Of a DNA stretch of 64,000 nt, positions 38,597 through 52,880 are shown one piece after another. Under the pieces are notes generated by a model. The model ran no database searches and was not told the DNA's origin. It saw nothing but the letters and a program-made list of their open reading frames with translations. The translations under genes and the position numbers were made by a program. The stretch is from NCBI GenBank assembly GCA_963756875.1, contig CAVWPA010000001.1, forward strand, positions 160,001 through 224,000, written 5' to 3'. Source of the stretch: an uncultured Verrucomicrobiae bacterium. Lineage in GTDB: Bacteria; Verrucomicrobiota; Verrucomicrobiia; Chthoniobacterales; UBA10450. Numbering within the stretch: position 1 is the stretch's first letter; each line of letters begins with the position of its first letter.

Positions 38597-40114
38597 ATGG
38601 AAGATCCGATCCTGGTCGCCCAATCCGACCAGCCGCTTTATCTGCTGCCGAAGATGGCCAACAGGCACGGTCTCATTGCGGGCGCGACCGGCACCGGGAA
38701 AACAGTTACCCTTCAGGCCCTGGCCGAAAATTTCAGCGCGAGAGGCGTGCCGGTGTTCATGGCGGATGTGAAAGGCGATCTCGCCGGGTTGAGTCAGCCG
38801 GGCGGCAACAACCCGAAGATTGTTCAGCGGGCAAAGGAACTCCACATTGCCGATTTCAAGGGCGAAGCCTGTCCGGTTGTTTTTTGGGACGTCTTTGGCG
38901 AGCAGGGCCACCCGGTGCGCGCGACGGTGTCGGAGATGGGGCCCCTTCTTCTCGGGCGGCTTCTTGAGCTGAACGAAACGCAGGAAGGCGTCCTCAATAT
39001 GGTATTCAAGATCGCCGATGAAGGCGGTCTGTTGCTTCTCGATCTCAAAGATCTGCGCTCAATGTTGCAATACGTCGCGGACAATGCCGAACAATTCCAG
39101 ACACAATATGGCAACATCTCTGCCGCCAGCGCGGGCGCGATCCAACGAGGCCTGCTTGCTCTCGAATCGCAGGGCGCGGACAAATTTTTCGGCGAACCGG
39201 CGCTCAACCTGGACGATCTGATTCAGACGCAGAGCGGCAAAGGCACCGTTAATATCCTGGCCGCGGACAAACTGATGCAGCAATCGCCCAAGGTTTACGC
39301 CACGTTTCTGCTCTGGATGCTTTCGGAGTTATTCGAGCGCCTTCCCGAAATCGGCGATCCGGAAAAGCCGAAGCTGGTTTTCTTTTTCGATGAAGCGCAC
39401 CTGCTCTTCGCCGACATCGCGCCCGCTGTCGAACAAAAGATCGAGCAGATGGTCAGATTGATTCGGTCAAAAGGCGTCGGGGTATATTTTTGCAGCCAGA
39501 ATCCGCTCGATATTCCTGACGTGGTGCTCGGACAGCTCGGCAATCGCGTGCAACACGCCTTGCGCGCGTTCACACCGCGCGACCAGAAAGCGGTGCAGGC
39601 CGCGGCGCAAACGTTTCGGCAAAATCCAAAATTGAACGTCGAAACAGTGCTGACCCAGCTCGCAGTAGGCGAGGCCTTGGTCTCGATGCTGGATGAAACC
39701 GGCGCGCCGACGATCGTGGAGCGAGCGAAGATCGTTCCACCGCGCAGTCAGGTCGGCGCAATTACGCCCGAACAACGCAATCAAATCATCAGTTCGTCGA
39801 TATTGGCTGGGCACTACGAAAAGGCCATCGACCGCGAATCCGCTTACGAAAAACTGCAGGCCAGAGCGGGCGAGAAAGCGCAGGTCGCAGGCGCGCCGGC
39901 GGCAACGCCCGGGGCGTCAGTTCCCGAGCCCGCCAAGTCTTCGTTCTTTGAAACGATCGCGTCGGCCTTTCAACCGACAGTCGGCCCGCGGGGCGGCGCG
40001 CACGATTCCGTCGCAGCGTCGATGGCAAAAAGCGCCATGCGCGCCGCCAGCACTCAGATCGGGAGACAAGTCGTGCGCGGACTCCTTGGCGGAATCCTCG
40101 GCGGCCGGCGATAA
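38597..40114 (+). CDS. DUF853/YjgR HerA-like ATPase
   Basis: [45 protein letters not shown]. Confidence 0.93.
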   Translation: MEDPILVAQSDQPLYLLPKMANRHGLIAGATGTGKTVTLQALAENFSARGVPVFMADVKGDLAGLSQPGGNNPKIVQRAKELHIADFKGEACPVVFWDVFGEQGHPVRATVSEMGPLLLGRLLELNETQEGVLNMVFKIADEGGLLLLDLKDLRSMLQYVADNAEQFQTQYGNISAASAGAIQRGLLALESQGADKFFGEPALNLDDLIQTQSGKGTVNILAADKLMQQSPKVYATFLLWMLSELFERLPEIGDPEKPKLVFFFDEAHLLFADIAPAVEQKIEQMVRLIRSKGVGVYFCSQNPLDIPDVVLGQLGNRVQHALRAFTPRDQKAVQAAAQTFRQNPKLNVETVLTQLAVGEALVSMLDETGAPTIVERAKIVPPRSQVGAITPEQRNQIISSSILAGHYEKAIDRESAYEKLQARAGEKAQVAGAPAATPGASVPEPAKSSFFETIASAFQPTVGPRGGAHDSVAASMAKSAMRAASTQIGRQVVRGLLGGILGGRR

Positions 40115-40202
40115 CAAACAAACCAGCCAGCCAGGTAGTCCTGCGGCACTCGCCATCGTCCGATTTAACGCTGTAACGGTTTAACCGTTCAACGTTCCCC
40201 AA

Positions 40203-40496
40203 TCACTGCCCCGCCGGTGTGGGTGTGCCAGCGTTGGGTAATTCCTTTTTCTGCGCGTCCGGCGAATCGCATTGGATCGTCACTGTCGATGCCGGCTTAA
40301 GCGTGCCACTGGTCACTGTCGTCGTAGCCGTGCGATTGATCGTCCACATGTCACTCCCAGCTTGCAACGTAATCTGAGTTTTCGTCACGGTGATCACTTT
40401 TCCCGTGATGTGAATCGTTTGCCCAAATGCCACGCCGCAGAAAATGCATCCGGCAGCAATTATACCTATCAAGCTTTTTAGTTTCATGCCTGCCAT
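40203..40496 (-). CDS. small secreted hypothetical protein (OB-fold-like)
   Basis: Signal peptide; ITGKVITVTKTQITL beta pattern. Confidence 0.6.
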   Translation of the reverse strand: MAGMKLKSLIGIIAAGCIFCGVAFGQTIHITGKVITVTKTQITLQAGSDMWTINRTATTTVTSGTLKPASTVTIQCDSPDAQKKELPNAGTPTPAGQ

Positions 40497-40757
40497 TAAA
40501 CTCCCGCAATACCGCCAGGTGCAAGCCTTTATCTTCCCGCCACTCGTTAGCCCGGCCCTGTAGCGGCGGTCTATGACCGTCGTATTATTGATTTTGGGAC
40601 GACACTACCCTTCGACGAGGCTACGCTTCGGCAGACGGAGGTCGTCATTCCAAACTCTACGCTGTCTGCGGTGGCGGCATTGCATTGATCCCAACTCGCG
40701 CCAGATATTGACGGCTGCTGTTCTCAGCCGCGGAATGATGGACGCAACGTCACGTTG

Positions 40758-41270
40758 CTACGCCGCCGGCGGCTCGGCCATTGTCTTGATCCCGACGCGC
40801 GCCAGATATTCGTCCGCTTGGAGAAGATCGTTGCCCGCGCGCTCCACGATTTTCAGCAGGTTATCCATCGACGAAACTTCCTCGAGTTGTTCGGTCAGGA
40901 ACCATTGCAAAAAATTGATCGTGATGTGGTCGTTCTGTTTGCAAGCCAATTCGACCAATCCGTTGATTTGCTTGGTGACATGAATTTCCTGGTCGAGCGA
41001 CAGCTTCACTGCGTCTTTGGGGGTCTTGAATTTCGCTTTCGGCGCGTCAATTGCCGGGATCGCCACGCGCCCGCCCGCATCGACCACATATTTCATAAAC
41101 CGTAGCGCGTGCCCTTTTTCTTCCTCGGCCTGCTGAAAGAAATGCCGTGACAATTGCGGCAGCGCCTCGGCCGCGAAATGCGCGGCGATCGCGTAATATT
41201 GCAACTCGGCGCTGAATTCGTACCCGATTTGCTCGTTGATGGCATCGATGACTTTTTGACTGGTTAGCAT
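40758..41270 (-). CDS. ftnA: non-heme ferritin
   Basis: AINEQIGYE, QAEEEKGHA, FLQWFLTEQLEE. Confidence 0.92.
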   Translation of the reverse strand: MLTSQKVIDAINEQIGYEFSAELQYYAIAAHFAAEALPQLSRHFFQQAEEEKGHALRFMKYVVDAGGRVAIPAIDAPKAKFKTPKDAVKLSLDQEIHVTKQINGLVELACKQNDHITINFLQWFLTEQLEEVSSMDNLLKIVERAGNDLLQADEYLARVGIKTMAEPPAA

Positions 41271-41553
41271 AGGGAAAACCTACCGCGGTTTACGCGGATG
41301 CAAAACGGATGAATTCCAGTCGACCCGATGCTCGTACGGCATGCGGCGTTCCGCCGCGCCGTGCTCGAGTAGGCGACGCCAGAAAGCGAAATGCCCGATG
41401 AGATAAACTCACCGGGCATTTTGTTCTGGCGACGTCCTATTGACTCCTTCGCCTCCCGGCTCAGTCGCCGGCTACCTGCGCCGGCTGGACCGTCTATGTC
41501 GCACGATCCCATCGCGCTCCATTCTCTGCTCGAGTAGGCGATGTCCAGAAACG

Positions 41554-41586
41554 AAAATGCCCGATGGATGAACCACCGGGCATTTT
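41554..41586 (-). terminator. intrinsic terminator after 5S (second copy at ~41387-41422)
   Basis: AAAATGCCCG...CGGGCATTTT hairpin. Confidence 0.7.
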
Positions 41587-41588
41587 AT

Positions 41589-41704
41589 TCTGGCGACGTC
41601 CTACTCTCGCACGGCCTGTCGCCGTACTACCATCGGGGCTGCAGCGTTTCACTTCCGTGTTCGGAATGGGAACGGGTGGTGCCACTGCGCTAGAGTCACC
41701 AGAG
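41589..41704 (-). rRNA. rrf: 5S rRNA
   Basis: CCACCCGTTCCCATTCCGAACACGGAAGTGAA...GAGAGTAGGACGTCGCCAG. Confidence 0.96.
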
Positions 41705-42042
41705 TCCGATGCCGGGACGGGCGGTTTCGCCGCTGTCGCGCGAGGCAAGCCGATATCGAACTCTGGGGACTGGCGTGATTCGTGATTGGTTATCCGCCTA
41801 CGCCACTACGGCGCGGCAGGTGTCGTTACAACGGATGGTCACTTTCCCTTGTAACCTTTGTAACGGTTTTAACCCTCTTAACGTTTCAACGGTCAATTTT
41901 TCAAAGAACACGCTAGTTCGCTGACAACTACATACAGGGAGGGAAAGTAAACGTTTAAGGCTTCGTTTTGTTTTGAGATCTTTTGATCTTCTCTGTGTGC
42001 CGTTGCCTTCTTGCGAAGGCAACGGGTTAACAGAAAAGTAAA

Positions 42043-45087
<3,045 letters not shown>

Positions 45088-45145
45088 ATCTGTTTGATCC
45101 CGCTCGCGCGGGACCAAGATTCTTTGATAACTGAAACTCTCCTAT

Positions 45146-45173
45146 AGACCGGCGGTCATAGACCGCCGCTACA
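45146..45173. repeat. REP-like palindrome GTAGCGGCGGTCTATGACCG(C/T)CG; another copy at 40560-40583
   Basis: GTAG foot plus hairpin, two copies in the window. Confidence 0.75.
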
Positions 45174-45214
45174 GATATTTCAGACTCAGCTCTTAAAGTT
45201 GTACTTTCTTACTA

Positions 45215-45238
45215 CCCTGTATGTAGATGTCAAAGAAC
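45215..45238 (-). other. boxA-like sequence and 5' strand of the 23S processing stem (pairs with ~41916-41939)
   Basis: GTTCTTTGACATCTACATACAGGG is complementary to CCCTGTATGTAGTTGTCAGCGAAC downstream of 23S. Confidence 0.75.
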
Positions 45239-45465
45239 CAGCCCCCGAACCTTTCCGGGGTCCACTCTTCCCGCACATTCGGGCGACAAAAAACTCAATC
45301 TCGACGCCGACAAAAAATCACGTGCCGCGCCTCAGCCGGCGGCTGCCGGACGAAGGCGGATCTCCGCTTTCTATTGCCGGGACAAAATTGAGTTCCAATT
45401 TGCAGTCCCTAAATGTACAAGAACGTCCCCGAAATAATCGGGGCCCCGCTTCCGGCGGGATAAAC

Positions 45466-45494
45466 AAACTAGCGGCAGATCAACGGGGCGTCAA
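45466..45494 (-). promoter_or_regulatory. sigma70 promoter of the 23S-5S operon
   Basis: TTGACG-N17-TAGTTT about 380 nt upstream of 23S. Confidence 0.7.
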
Positions 45495-45691
45495 CTCCGT
45501 TCGTGAGATTTTCGGGTTGGAAATTTGACTCTCTATCCCGCTATGTTTGAACCGCTTACACCGACGCTTCGGCTCCGGAGACAGCTAATGGGAGCCCCGA
45601 GCGAAAAAATTCTTCGAATGCCCACGGAAAAGTGCCCGGGTGGCTCGGCCTCAACCCGATCGGAGAGCCCGACGCGAATGCGATAGCGGAT

Positions 45692-45718
45692 TGGAGGGAC
45701 ACGTGCTGTCGTGTCCCA
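45692..45718. repeat. TGGAGGGACACG..TGTCGTGTCCCA repeat; copies at 47737-47763 (inverted) and 51557-51583
   Basis: Three near-identical intergenic palindromic copies. Confidence 0.8.
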
Positions 45719-45793
45719 AAAATCGGGTGCCGGCGGCGTGGACGCTGTCCAGCTTTTTGTTGGCATGCGGAACGCCTGCCCTACAGTTGCCGA

Positions 45794-46540
45794 ATGCAAC
45801 GCAACGACGGGCGCGCGCCCGATCAGATCCGGGCTGTCAGTTTCGAGCTCAACATCGCCCCGCATGCGAGTGGTTCGGTCCTAGTCGGCATGGGAAACAC
45901 GCGCGTGATTTGCGGTGTGACCATCGAAGAAACCGTGCCGCGCTGGATGAAGGAACAAAACGTGAGCGGCGGCTGGCTGACAGCCGAGTATTCGATGTTG
46001 CCTTACTCGACCACGACCAGGAAACCGCGAGATATCACAAAAGGGCGGCTCGATGGCCGCAGCACGGAAATTCAGCGACTTATCGGGCGCTCATTGCGTG
46101 CAGTTGTCGATCTTGAAAAGCTGGGGCCGCGCACGATGTGGGTCGATTGCGACGTGCTTCAAGCGGACGGCGGGACCCGGACGGCGGCGATTACCGGCTC
46201 GAGTCTGGCAGTGGCGATCGCCTGCCGGAGACTTGCCAGAGACAAGAAGGTGGAAACGCCGCCGATCAAAAAGCTGGTCGCGGCGGTCAGCGCGGGCGTG
46301 CTGGAGGGGCAAGCGATCGTGGACCTCAATTACGAGGAGGACAAGGCCGTTACGGTCGATTTCAATCTGGTGGCGACCGAGGACGGTGAGTTTGTTGAAG
46401 TGCAGGGGTCGGGGGAAGAAGCAAGCTTTGCTCAATCGCAACTCGACGAATTGGTCGTGCTTGCACGCCAGGGGGCTGCGGAGTTGATTGCAGCGCAGCG
46501 TGCTGTCCTGGCGCGAATCATGGTTTCGGAGCCGGACTAG
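45794..46540 (+). CDS. rph: ribonuclease PH
   Basis: [45 protein letters not shown]. Confidence 0.97.
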   Translation: MQRNDGRAPDQIRAVSFELNIAPHASGSVLVGMGNTRVICGVTIEETVPRWMKEQNVSGGWLTAEYSMLPYSTTTRKPRDITKGRLDGRSTEIQRLIGRSLRAVVDLEKLGPRTMWVDCDVLQADGGTRTAAITGSSLAVAIACRRLARDKKVETPPIKKLVAAVSAGVLEGQAIVDLNYEEDKAVTVDFNLVATEDGEFVEVQGSGEEASFAQSQLDELVVLARQGAAELIAAQRAVLARIMVSEPD

Positions 46541-46570
46541 CTAATCGTCATGCTGGCGACATCTATCAAT

Positions 46571-46640
46571 TGTGGGGCGTCCGCCGCGGCGGACGCCGTT
46601 ATTATTTCGGTGGCGTCCGCTGCGGCGGACGCCCTACAAT
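46571..46640. repeat. inverted REP pair (GGCGTCCGC-C/T-GCGGCGGACGCC)
   Basis: Two palindromes with GTGG/GTAG feet in inverted orientation. Confidence 0.75.
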
Positions 46641-46650
46641 AACGCCGACA

Positions 46651-47664
46651 ATGAAGAAGGCGCTCATCACCGGAATTACCGGACAGGATGGAAGTTATCT
46701 CGCGGATCTTTTGCTGGAGAAAGGGTACGAGGTGCACGGCATCATCCGTCGGGCGAGTACATTCAACACTTCGCGCATCGATCATCTTTACGCCGACCCG
46801 CACATCAACGGGGTACGGATGTTTCTGCATTATGGCGACCTGAGCGACGCGGTTAGCCTGGTCAAACTGCTCTATCATCTGAAGCCCGACGAGATTTATC
46901 ATCTGGGGGCGCAGAGCCACGTGCGCGTCAGTTTCGATATTCCGGAGTACACGTCGGACGTCACCGGCGTCGGCACGATCCGCATTCTGGAAGCGATGCG
47001 CGAGACGGGATTGCGTTCGCGCTTTTACCAGGCCTCGAGCAGCGAGATGTTCGGAAAAGCGCAGGCGGTTCCACAAAATGAAAAGACGCCATTCTGGCCG
47101 CGCAGCCCGTACGGCGTGGCCAAGGTTTTTTCGTATTGGGCGACGGTCAATTACCGCGAGAGCTATGGCTTGCACGCGAGCAACGGAATTCTTTTCAATC
47201 ACGAGAGCCCGCGTCGTGGTGAGACGTTCGTGACGCGCAAAATTTCGCGTGCTGTTGCCGCGATCAAGCACGGGCTGCAACACGAGCTCTTTCTCGGCAA
47301 CCTCGATGCGAAACGCGATTGGGGTTACGCGCCGGAGTACGTTGAAGCGATGTGGCGCATCCTGCAGCAAGACAAAGGCGACGATTTTGTGATCGCCACG
47401 GGCGAGACGCACACCGTGCGCGAATTGGCGGAGGCCGCGTTCGCACGCGTCGATCTCGATTGGAAAGAGTATGTGAAACATGACCCGCGTTACGAGCGGC
47501 CGGCGGAAGTGGATTTACTCATCGGCGATGCGACGAAAGCGAAGAAGGTTCTCGGCTGGGAGCCCAAAGTACAATTTAACGAACTCGTCCGCATCATGGT
47601 GGATGCGGACATGGACCTGTTATCCCGGGAAGCGCCGCGGAAACGTCTCGGCAAGTTGCCGTAG
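46651..47664 (+). CDS. gmd: GDP-mannose 4,6-dehydratase
   Basis: [53 protein letters not shown]. Confidence 0.97.
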   Translation: MKKALITGITGQDGSYLADLLLEKGYEVHGIIRRASTFNTSRIDHLYADPHINGVRMFLHYGDLSDAVSLVKLLYHLKPDEIYHLGAQSHVRVSFDIPEYTSDVTGVGTIRILEAMRETGLRSRFYQASSSEMFGKAQAVPQNEKTPFWPRSPYGVAKVFSYWATVNYRESYGLHASNGILFNHESPRRGETFVTRKISRAVAAIKHGLQHELFLGNLDAKRDWGYAPEYVEAMWRILQQDKGDDFVIATGETHTVRELAEAAFARVDLDWKEYVKHDPRYERPAEVDLLIGDATKAKKVLGWEPKVQFNELVRIMVDADMDLLSREAPRKRLGKLP

Positions 47665-47802
47665 CTGTAGTAACGGCGCTCCGTCGCCGTGCCGAGCGGC
47701 CCCGGCAGAGCGGGGCGGCTACAGCGCCCAAACAAATGGGACACGACAGCGCGTCTCCCTCCACAATTCGTCGGATCCCGCTTTCGCGGGAGAGAAACGT
47801 CC

Positions 47803-48453
47803 CTACCTGATCACGTTCTTGATTTGATTCGCCGCCGCCATTTGCATGGGCGAGCAGGCGGGAACCACGGTCGCGAGCGGCAAATCGACGATCGAAACCC
47901 GGGTGCCGCATCCGACGATCTTGTAAAGATTAATGACGTCCGAAGAGCGCATGCGGATGCAACCGTAGCTTACCGGCTGCCCGAGGTTTCTTTCTTCCGG
48001 CGTGCCATGGATATAAATGTCGCGCGCGAACGCATGCTCATTCCCTGCCTGAAGCCCCCGTAACCACAGAATGCGTGTCACGATGGGATCGCGTCCGGGT
48101 GAATTCGGCGCGACGATCTCACCCGTCCGGTGGCGATCTTTGAACACGGCTCCCAGCGGGGCGCCGTCGCCGATTTTGGCGGCAATCTGTAATTGTCCCA
48201 GCGGTGTGCCGTAACTCCCGGGCCGGTCGCTGAGACCAAATTTGGAAGTCGAAACAGGATATGTGGCGATCAGCTTGCCTTTTTCGAGCAAGGCCATCTT
48301 TTGATCGTGCACGCTTATAACGATGCGATGATCCAGATCGGGCGGCGCGGCGCAGGACGCGAGAAAAAGTGCCGCAAGGAAACAGGCGAGCCAGATCGAG
48401 CGTTTGGAGCTCGACGCTGAAATCAGAGGTTGAACCAGCGAATTAACCGACAT
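47803..48453 (-). CDS. L,D-transpeptidase (YkuD) lipoprotein
   Basis: Lipobox LASC; IYIHGT...SYGCIRM. Confidence 0.9.
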   Translation of the reverse strand: MSVNSLVQPLISASSSKRSIWLACFLAALFLASCAAPPDLDHRIVISVHDQKMALLEKGKLIATYPVSTSKFGLSDRPGSYGTPLGQLQIAAKIGDGAPLGAVFKDRHRTGEIVAPNSPGRDPIVTRILWLRGLQAGNEHAFARDIYIHGTPEERNLGQPVSYGCIRMRSSDVINLYKIVGCGTRVSIVDLPLATVVPACSPMQMAAANQIKNVIR

Positions 48454-48518
48454 TGCGCCGGCCTTCGGCTCCAGAGATGCTACGGCTCGGAGAGGAGGCC
48501 GCGATCCACATTTGTTCC

Positions 48519-49418
48519 TCATGCCCGGTTGAATCGGAAGAATTGTCCCGCAGTTGCCGTCGTAGCGCCAGCGATTTTTTCCAAAGCAACCCCGCGCGCG
48601 TTGGCGATCGTTTCAGCCACGATTCGAGTATGTGCGGGTTCGCAGCGTTTTCCGCGGAATGGAACAGGAGCCAGATAGGGACAATCGGTTTCCACCATGA
48701 ACTTGTCGAGTGGAACTCGCGTCGCCACATCACGCACGCTTCTGCCGTTTTTGAAAGTCACAATCCCGGTAAACGAGACGAGATGGTCCAACGCGATGAC
48801 ATCGTTGGCCTGCTCCAGCGTGCCGCCGAAACAATGAAAGACACCGCGCAACTTTCCTGAATACGGCTGCATGATCTGGAGCGTCTCGTCCCAGGCGTCG
48901 CGTTGATGAATCACCACGTTGAGACCAAGCTCGACCGCGAGATCGAGCTGTTGCTGGAACAGGCTCGCCTGCTTCGACTTGTAAGCGCCGTCGCGCAGGT
49001 TCGCATCGATGTCTTCTTCTGTTTCGCTTTGCAACGCGTGCATCACTTGCGCCGGCCTTTCTTTTGCAGCCCCAACGCTGGGCAAATGATGATAATCAAG
49101 GCCGGTTTCGCCGATCGCCACCACGCGCGGATTGCCAGCCAGTTTGCGCAACGGGGTTATCACATCTTCCCCTGCCTCTTTGGCGTAAGTGGGGTGAACG
49201 CCAATGGCGGCAAAGACGTTCGGATATTTCCCGGCGAGATCGACTGCGCGCTGACTGCTCTCAACGGATGTGCCAATGGTGATAATGCGCGTGACGCCGG
49301 CTTCGGTTGCGCGCCGCAGCACATCGTCGAGGTCGTTGGCGAAATCGGGGTAATCCAGGTGGGCGTGGGTTTCGACCAAGGAGAGTTGAGAGTTGATTGT
49401 TGATTGTTGAGAGTCCAT
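48519..49418 (-). CDS. tatD: TatD family deoxyribonuclease
   Basis: ETHAHLD, GVHP, AIGETGLDY, VFHCF, VETDCPYLAP. Confidence 0.95.
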   Translation of the reverse strand: MDSQQSTINSQLSLVETHAHLDYPDFANDLDDVLRRATEAGVTRIITIGTSVESSQRAVDLAGKYPNVFAAIGVHPTYAKEAGEDVITPLRKLAGNPRVVAIGETGLDYHHLPSVGAAKERPAQVMHALQSETEEDIDANLRDGAYKSKQASLFQQQLDLAVELGLNVVIHQRDAWDETLQIMQPYSGKLRGVFHCFGGTLEQANDVIALDHLVSFTGIVTFKNGRSVRDVATRVPLDKFMVETDCPYLAPVPFRGKRCEPAHTRIVAETIANARGVALEKIAGATTATAGQFFRFNRA

Positions 49419-49490
49419 GAGAACAGGTCCTTTCCCTGCGTCCTGCAGCCCTTCTATCGACTATCAACTAGCGACTATCAACCTTCTGCA

Positions 49491-50513
49491 TCACCACTCA
49501 ATCACCGTGCTCGCCCAGGTAAGTCCGCCGCCGAAGACGACCATCAGAATGTAATCGCCCGGTTTGATCCGGCCGGTGCGATTCGCTTCATCGAGCGCGA
49601 TGGCCACCGCTGCGGCCGATGTATTGCCGTAACGGTCGAGATTCACGAACATTTTCTCTCGCGGCACGTGGAGCCGCTCGGCGATAGCCTCGATGATGCG
49701 CAAATTCGCCTGATGCGGAATCACGCAGGAAATGTCTTCGATGCTCAGTCCTGCTTGTTCGAGCGCTTTTCGCGCGGCGCTCAACATGGCGATGATGGCC
49801 TGCTTATAAACGTCCTTCCCGGTCATATGGATGGTGTTCAGGTGCAGGTGAGCGTTCTCGGCGGTGATCGGGCACCGTGAACCGCCACCCGGCATGAACA
49901 GGATATCGCTGTACTGCCCGTCGCTGCCGATGTGCGTGCTGATGATGCCATGCGTGCCGCCCCGGTGCCGTAGAATTGCCGCGCCCGCGCCATCGCCAAA
50001 AAGCACGCACGTGTTGCGATCGGTCCAATTCGTGATCGAAGTCAGCTTTTCCGCTCCGATCACCAACACGGTGTCGTAGGTGTGCGAAGTGATGAATTGC
50101 TGGCCGATCTCGAGTCCAAAAACGAAACCGGCGCAGGCGGCGGAGATATCGAGACATGCCGCCTTGGTCGCGCCGATTTTTTTTTGCACGAAACAGGCGG
50201 TTGCCGGAAAAAGCATGTCCGGTGTGGCGGTGGCGACGAGAATGAGGTCGATCTCCTTGGGCGAGATTTGCGCCTGCTCGATCGCCTTCAATGCGGCCTT
50301 GGCGGCCATGTCGCTGGTGTTTTCATCTTTGGCTGCGACGCGGCGTTCCTTAATGCCGGTGCGCGTGGTGATCCATTCGTCGTTCGTGTCGACGATTCGC
50401 GACAAGTCGCTGTTCGTTAGGCGTTTTTCCGGCGTGTAACTACCGGTGCCAATGATCGATACGGTGCGAGTGGATTTAGCCGAGCGCGGGCTCGAGCGGG
50501 GCTGTCGTTTCAT
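49491..50513 (-). CDS. fabH: 3-oxoacyl-ACP synthase III
   Basis: DISAACAGF, LFGDGAGA, PHQANLRI, YGNTSAA. Confidence 0.97.
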   Translation of the reverse strand: MKRQPRSSPRSAKSTRTVSIIGTGSYTPEKRLTNSDLSRIVDTNDEWITTRTGIKERRVAAKDENTSDMAAKAALKAIEQAQISPKEIDLILVATATPDMLFPATACFVQKKIGATKAACLDISAACAGFVFGLEIGQQFITSHTYDTVLVIGAEKLTSITNWTDRNTCVLFGDGAGAAILRHRGGTHGIISTHIGSDGQYSDILFMPGGGSRCPITAENAHLHLNTIHMTGKDVYKQAIIAMLSAARKALEQAGLSIEDISCVIPHQANLRIIEAIAERLHVPREKMFVNLDRYGNTSAAAVAIALDEANRTGRIKPGDYILMVVFGGGLTWASTVIEW

Positions 50514-51507
50514 GATAACGGCGAACTTCCTCGATGATATGCGGGTTCACCTGTTGTTCAATTGATTCGGCCGCGACACGCAGCGCGTTTTTGATGGCAA
50601 GCGGAGTGCTGGCCCCGTGCGCAATGATGCATATCCCATCCACACCGAGAAGCGGGCTACCGCCGTACTCCTCGTAATTTGTCTTGGCTTTGATGGTGTC
50701 AAACGCGTTGCGCGCGAGATAAGCGCCGGCCATCCGGATCTTTGTGCGCTTCAGTTCGTGCTTAAGCCACTTAAAAATCGCCACTGAGATCGATTCGCAC
50801 GTTTTCAAAATCACATTGCCGACAAAACCGTCGCACACCACCACCTCGACTGGATCCTCAAAAAGATGACGGCCTTCTATGTTGCCGACAAAATTTAGCG
50901 AGCTTAGCTTCAGCATTTTGAAAACTTCCTTGGTCAATTCAGTGCCCTTTACGTCCTCATCGCCTAACGATACGAGTCCCACCGTTGGATTCTCGTAGCC
51001 AAGAACGTGTCGCGAGTAAACCGAGCCCATGATTGTGTACTGCAGGAGATGCTCGGGACGCGCATCGATGTTTGCGCCGGCGTCGATCAAAACAAAAACG
51101 TTGTATTGGGTGGGAAGCACGGCCGCGATGCCGGGGCGGGCAATTCCAGTTAAAGTGCGAAGTTTGATCATGCTGGCCGCAACCGCCGCACCGGTGTGAC
51201 CCGCGCTGACAATCGCGTCGGCCTGGCCGAATTTCACCAGATCGACGGCGCGGCTCACGGACGAATCTTTTTTGCGCCGAACGGCCGACCAGGCGCGATC
51301 ACTCATGTCCACCACTTGGGTGGCATGGACGATTTCGATTCGACCGTCGTTACAGTTGTGCTTTTTCAGTTCCGCTTCGACGGCGTCGGAATCGCCCACC
51401 AGAAATAATTTCCGGATGTGCGGGTATTCGGCCAGGGCCATCACCGCGCCACCTACCAGATTTGGCGGGCCGAAATCACCGCCCATCGCATCCAAGGCGA
51501 TCTTCAC
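50476..51507 (-). CDS. plsX: phosphate acyltransferase
   Basis: IALDAMGGDFGP, VSAGHTGA, DAGAN, CDGFVGN. Confidence 0.97.
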   Translation of the reverse strand: MKIALDAMGGDFGPPNLVGGAVMALAEYPHIRKLFLVGDSDAVEAELKKHNCNDGRIEIVHATQVVDMSDRAWSAVRRKKDSSVSRAVDLVKFGQADAIVSAGHTGAAVAASMIKLRTLTGIARPGIAAVLPTQYNVFVLIDAGANIDARPEHLLQYTIMGSVYSRHVLGYENPTVGLVSLGDEDVKGTELTKEVFKMLKLSSLNFVGNIEGRHLFEDPVEVVVCDGFVGNVILKTCESISVAIFKWLKHELKRTKIRMAGAYLARNAFDTIKAKTNYEEYGGSPLLGVDGICIIAHGASTPLAIKNALRVAAESIEQQVNPHIIEEVRRYHETTAPLEPALG

Positions 51508-51618
51508 GAAGGAATTTTGCGGATTTTACCCACTTATTGCAAAACGAAAATGTAATTGGAGGGACACGCGATGTCGTGTCCCAGATTTGGGCGCTGACGA
51601 GGCGGCGCCCTTCCGCAT

Positions 51619-51801
51619 CTATTTGCCTTCCACAGTTAGCACCTGGCGGCCCTTGTAATATCCACAGGCGGAGCAGGCTGTATGCGCCGCGACGGCGCTG
51701 CCGCACTGCGGGCATTTGGCCAGCTGCGGCGCATGCCAGCGGTTGGCCGCCTTGCGCGTGCGTAGCCGCATTTTGGATGTTTTACGTTTTGGAACTCCCA
51801 T
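51619..51801 (-). CDS. rpmF: 50S ribosomal protein L32
   Basis: MGVPKRKTSK...CPQCG...HTACSACGYYKGRQV. Confidence 0.96.
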   Translation of the reverse strand: MGVPKRKTSKMRLRTRKAANRWHAPQLAKCPQCGSAVAAHTACSACGYYKGRQVLTVEGK

Positions 51802-51934
51802 GGCGGCCACCACAGAAGCACATGAGCGAGAAAAAGACAAATGGCCGCCGGTGGTTTGTTAAAAAGTTACAAGGTTAAAAGAGTTGCAAGACCGAGGTGC
51901 CGCCCTTTGTAACTTTGTAACGCTTTTAACTTTT

Positions 51935-52381
51935 TTAGCGATTCAACTTCAATTTATCCAGCGCGCTCCAGTCGGCCTTTCGTCGCGCTTCGCGTTCGGC
52001 AGTCCGGGGATGGGAAGCGCGGCAAACACGTCCGCCGTCGCGGTCGCAGTGCGGATGGGCGGGGAGGTTCAGCAAAATATCTTCCCGCAGAAAAGGGGTG
52101 AGATCGATCTTCTCCGGCCCCGGCAATTGGACGTGCAAAGTAAATGCCGGCACCTGGATTTCGTAATCAAATTTTTCCAGACAGGCAACGCAGCGCAATT
52201 CGACCGCTTGCGCGAGGGAGCCATTCGCCCAAAGAGCGCCGTCTGAAACGCCGAGATCGAGCCGGTAACGCAGGGGCCCGGCGCAGCGAATCCCTTCCGC
52301 CTCGATTTCTCGAATCGGGCATTCCTCTTCGCCTTCGAGGTGCAATCCCGCCGCCGGAATTTGCTTGAGATGGATCTTCAT
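51935..52381 (-). CDS. yceD: YceD/DUF177 family protein
   Basis: CVACL, IDLTPFLREDILLNLP, WSALDKL; upstream of rpmF. Confidence 0.9.
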   Translation of the reverse strand: MKIHLKQIPAAGLHLEGEEECPIREIEAEGIRCAGPLRYRLDLGVSDGALWANGSLAQAVELRCVACLEKFDYEIQVPAFTLHVQLPGPEKIDLTPFLREDILLNLPAHPHCDRDGGRVCRASHPRTAEREARRKADWSALDKLKLNR

Positions 52382-52400
52382 GGCCGAAACTCTCCGAAGT

Positions 52401-52880
52401 TCATTGTGAAAATCTTTTTACGAGCGCCGAGGCGACGACGGGTGGGACGAACGTCGTCACGTCGCCTCGAAGCCGCGCGATTTCCTTGATGATCCGCGAA
52501 CTGAGGTATGTGTACTCTTCCTTGGGCATTAGAAAAATCGTCTCCACTTCCCCTTTCAATTTCCGGTTCATCAGGGCCATTTGGAATTCAAATTCGAAAT
52601 CGGACACGGCTCGCAGGCCACGGATGACAGCACTCGCTTTTTGCGCTGAGGCAAATTCGACGAGCAGACCGTCAAATTGCGCGATCTTCACGTTATCGAA
52701 TTTACCGACGGTTTCGTGTAGAAATCCCAGACGCTCCTCCAATGTGAAGAGCGCCTGTTTTTCGTCGTTGTGCGCGACTGCCACGACGACCTCATCGAAA
52801 AGTCTTCGGGCACGTTCCACCACATCGAGGTGGCCGTTGGTAATGGGATCGAAGCTGCCTGGGTAAATCGCGCGACGCAT
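52401..52880 (-). CDS. coaD: phosphopantetheine adenylyltransferase
   Basis: YPGSFDPITNGHLD, RGLRAVSDFEFE. Confidence 0.97.
   Translation of the reverse strand: MRRAIYPGSFDPITNGHLDVVERARRLFDEVVVAVAHNDEKQALFTLEERLGFLHETVGKFDNVKIAQFDGLLVEFASAQKASAVIRGLRAVSDFEFEFQMALMNRKLKGEVETIFLMPKEEYTYLSSRIIKEIARLRGDVTTFVPPVVASALVKRFSQ

Noticed and set aside
46537..47481. 314-aa ORF antisense to gmd (likewise 58429-60300, 32618-33571 and 31822-32625)
   Set aside because: Antisense shadows of well-supported genes in GC-rich DNA, with no family motifs.
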